A stretch of DNA of 64,000 nucleotides, taken from Oscillospiraceae bacterium. GTDB lineage: Bacteria > Bacillota > Clostridia > Oscillospirales > JAAYXM01. The DNA lies in the NCBI GenBank assembly GCA_015067485.1, contig SVMJ01000007.1, positions 16,580 to 80,579 on the forward strand, written 5' to 3'. Shown here in pieces: positions 63,490-64,000 of the stretch (its first letter is position 1; each line of letters starts with the position of its first letter). Made by a program: the position numbers and the translations under genes. The notes under the pieces are model-generated. The model saw only the letters and a program-made list of their open reading frames with translations, was not told the DNA's origin and searched no databases.

Positions 63490-64000
63490 TTACAGAGTGG
63501 AGCCGAAGTCGGTAACGATGGTCTGACCGGTGATTGCGCGGGATTCGTCGGAAGCGAAGAACAAAATCATGTTCGCGACGTCTTCCGGCATACACGGCTG
63601 GACTTTGAGATCGTTGTGCTTCATCATCTGACCGAAGATGTTCATGTCCATATTCGCGGGGTTCATGCCTGCGACCATCGGAGTAACGATGGTGCCCGGG
63701 CAGAGCGCGTTACAACGGACATTAGTGCCGACAAAGCGGAGTGCGGTGTGGCGGGTAAGGCCAATGACTGCTGCTTTGGATGCGACGTATGCTGCGCCGC
63801 CGCAGCCCATAACACCTGCAACAGATGCCACGTTGACGATCGAGCCATAGCCGGTCTTTGCCATTTCTTCGGTAACTTCACGCATCATGCACATCGTGCC
63901 TTTGGTATTGATGTCGATGACGCGATCCATATCGTCGTCGGTGAAACTGTCGATCGCTTTGAGACCGTTGTCCAAAACGCCTGCGTTGTTGACCAGAACA
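63490..64000 (-). CDS. SDR family oxidoreductase; N-terminus beyond the window edge
   Basis: The reading frame continues upstream of the ORF-track Met (..VLVNNAGVLDNGL..). Motifs: NNAG, catalytic YVASKAAV, and ALCPG. Confidence 0.85.
   Translation of the reverse strand, partial: VLVNNAGVLDNGLKAIDSFTDDDMDRVIDINTKGTMCMMREVTEEMAKTGYGSIVNVASVAGVMGCGGAAYVASKAAVIGLTRHTALRFVGTNVRCNALCPGTIVTPMVAGMNPANMDMNIFGQMMKHNDLKVQPCMPEDVANMILFFASDESRAITGQTIVTDFGSTL

Noticed and set aside
63260-63595. 111-aa minus-strand ORF.
   Set aside because: It overlaps the 3' end of the SDR gene out of frame and runs through two strong hairpins. It is Arg/Lys-rich and has no RBS.

Overview
This 64-kb window looks like a chromosomal segment of a spore-forming Firmicute of class Clostridia. 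Gene content and GC judged by eye (roughly 50-55%) suggest Oscillospiraceae/Ruminococcaceae, but no search was run. All family calls come from motif recognition in the supplied translations.

About 60 protein genes are present, most on the minus strand. They are tightly packed, with several ATGA stop/start overlaps (argF/argD, argD/argB, argC/argH, hslO/methyltransferase, yerC/methyltransferase).

Core blocks:
- hpf (cut by the left edge) and a lone class I fumarase alpha subunit.
- The Bacillus-like block yabM-mazG-(hup)-yabO-yabP-yabQ-divIC-yabR.
- mtaD, hemZ, dtd-relA-recJ, trmB-gltX-glnS, ytaF, hslO, yerC and gap.
- A ParE/ParC-like type IIA topoisomerase pair, then yaaL-bofA and spo0A.
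- spoIVB and a seven-gene operon argG-H-C-J-B-D-F with ARG boxes.
- A cell-wall polysaccharide cluster: TuaH-like glycosyltransferase, a GT4-CsaB fusion, DUF4330 and an O-antigen-ligase-like protein.
- An FMN riboswitch upstream of ribU, and tRNA-Leu(GAG).

No CRISPR array, transposase, integrase or rRNA was found.

Most interesting items:
1. Spo0A has a highly conserved DNA-binding domain, but its receiver carries Ser at the phospho-acceptor Asp position.
2. A promoter-equipped PAS protein looks like a histidine kinase that has lost the H-box His and the ATP-binding motifs.
3. An XRE HTH domain is fused to a complete desulfoferrodoxin with all metal ligands retained.
4. An AT-rich two-gene cassette (XRE regulator plus T4 Imm-like membrane protein) is bounded by two inverted copies of the same 37-nt hairpin.
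5. A second AT-rich XRE-controlled module encodes TM2, DUF2752 and a lipoprotein.
6. A glycerol-1-phosphate dehydrogenase sits next to a HAD phosphatase, a PAP2 phosphatase and a membrane acyltransferase.
7. An ORF-less promoter-to-terminator unit could encode a C-rich small RNA.
8. Degenerate copies of the tRNA-Leu 3' end and unusual hairpins lie downstream of the tRNA.
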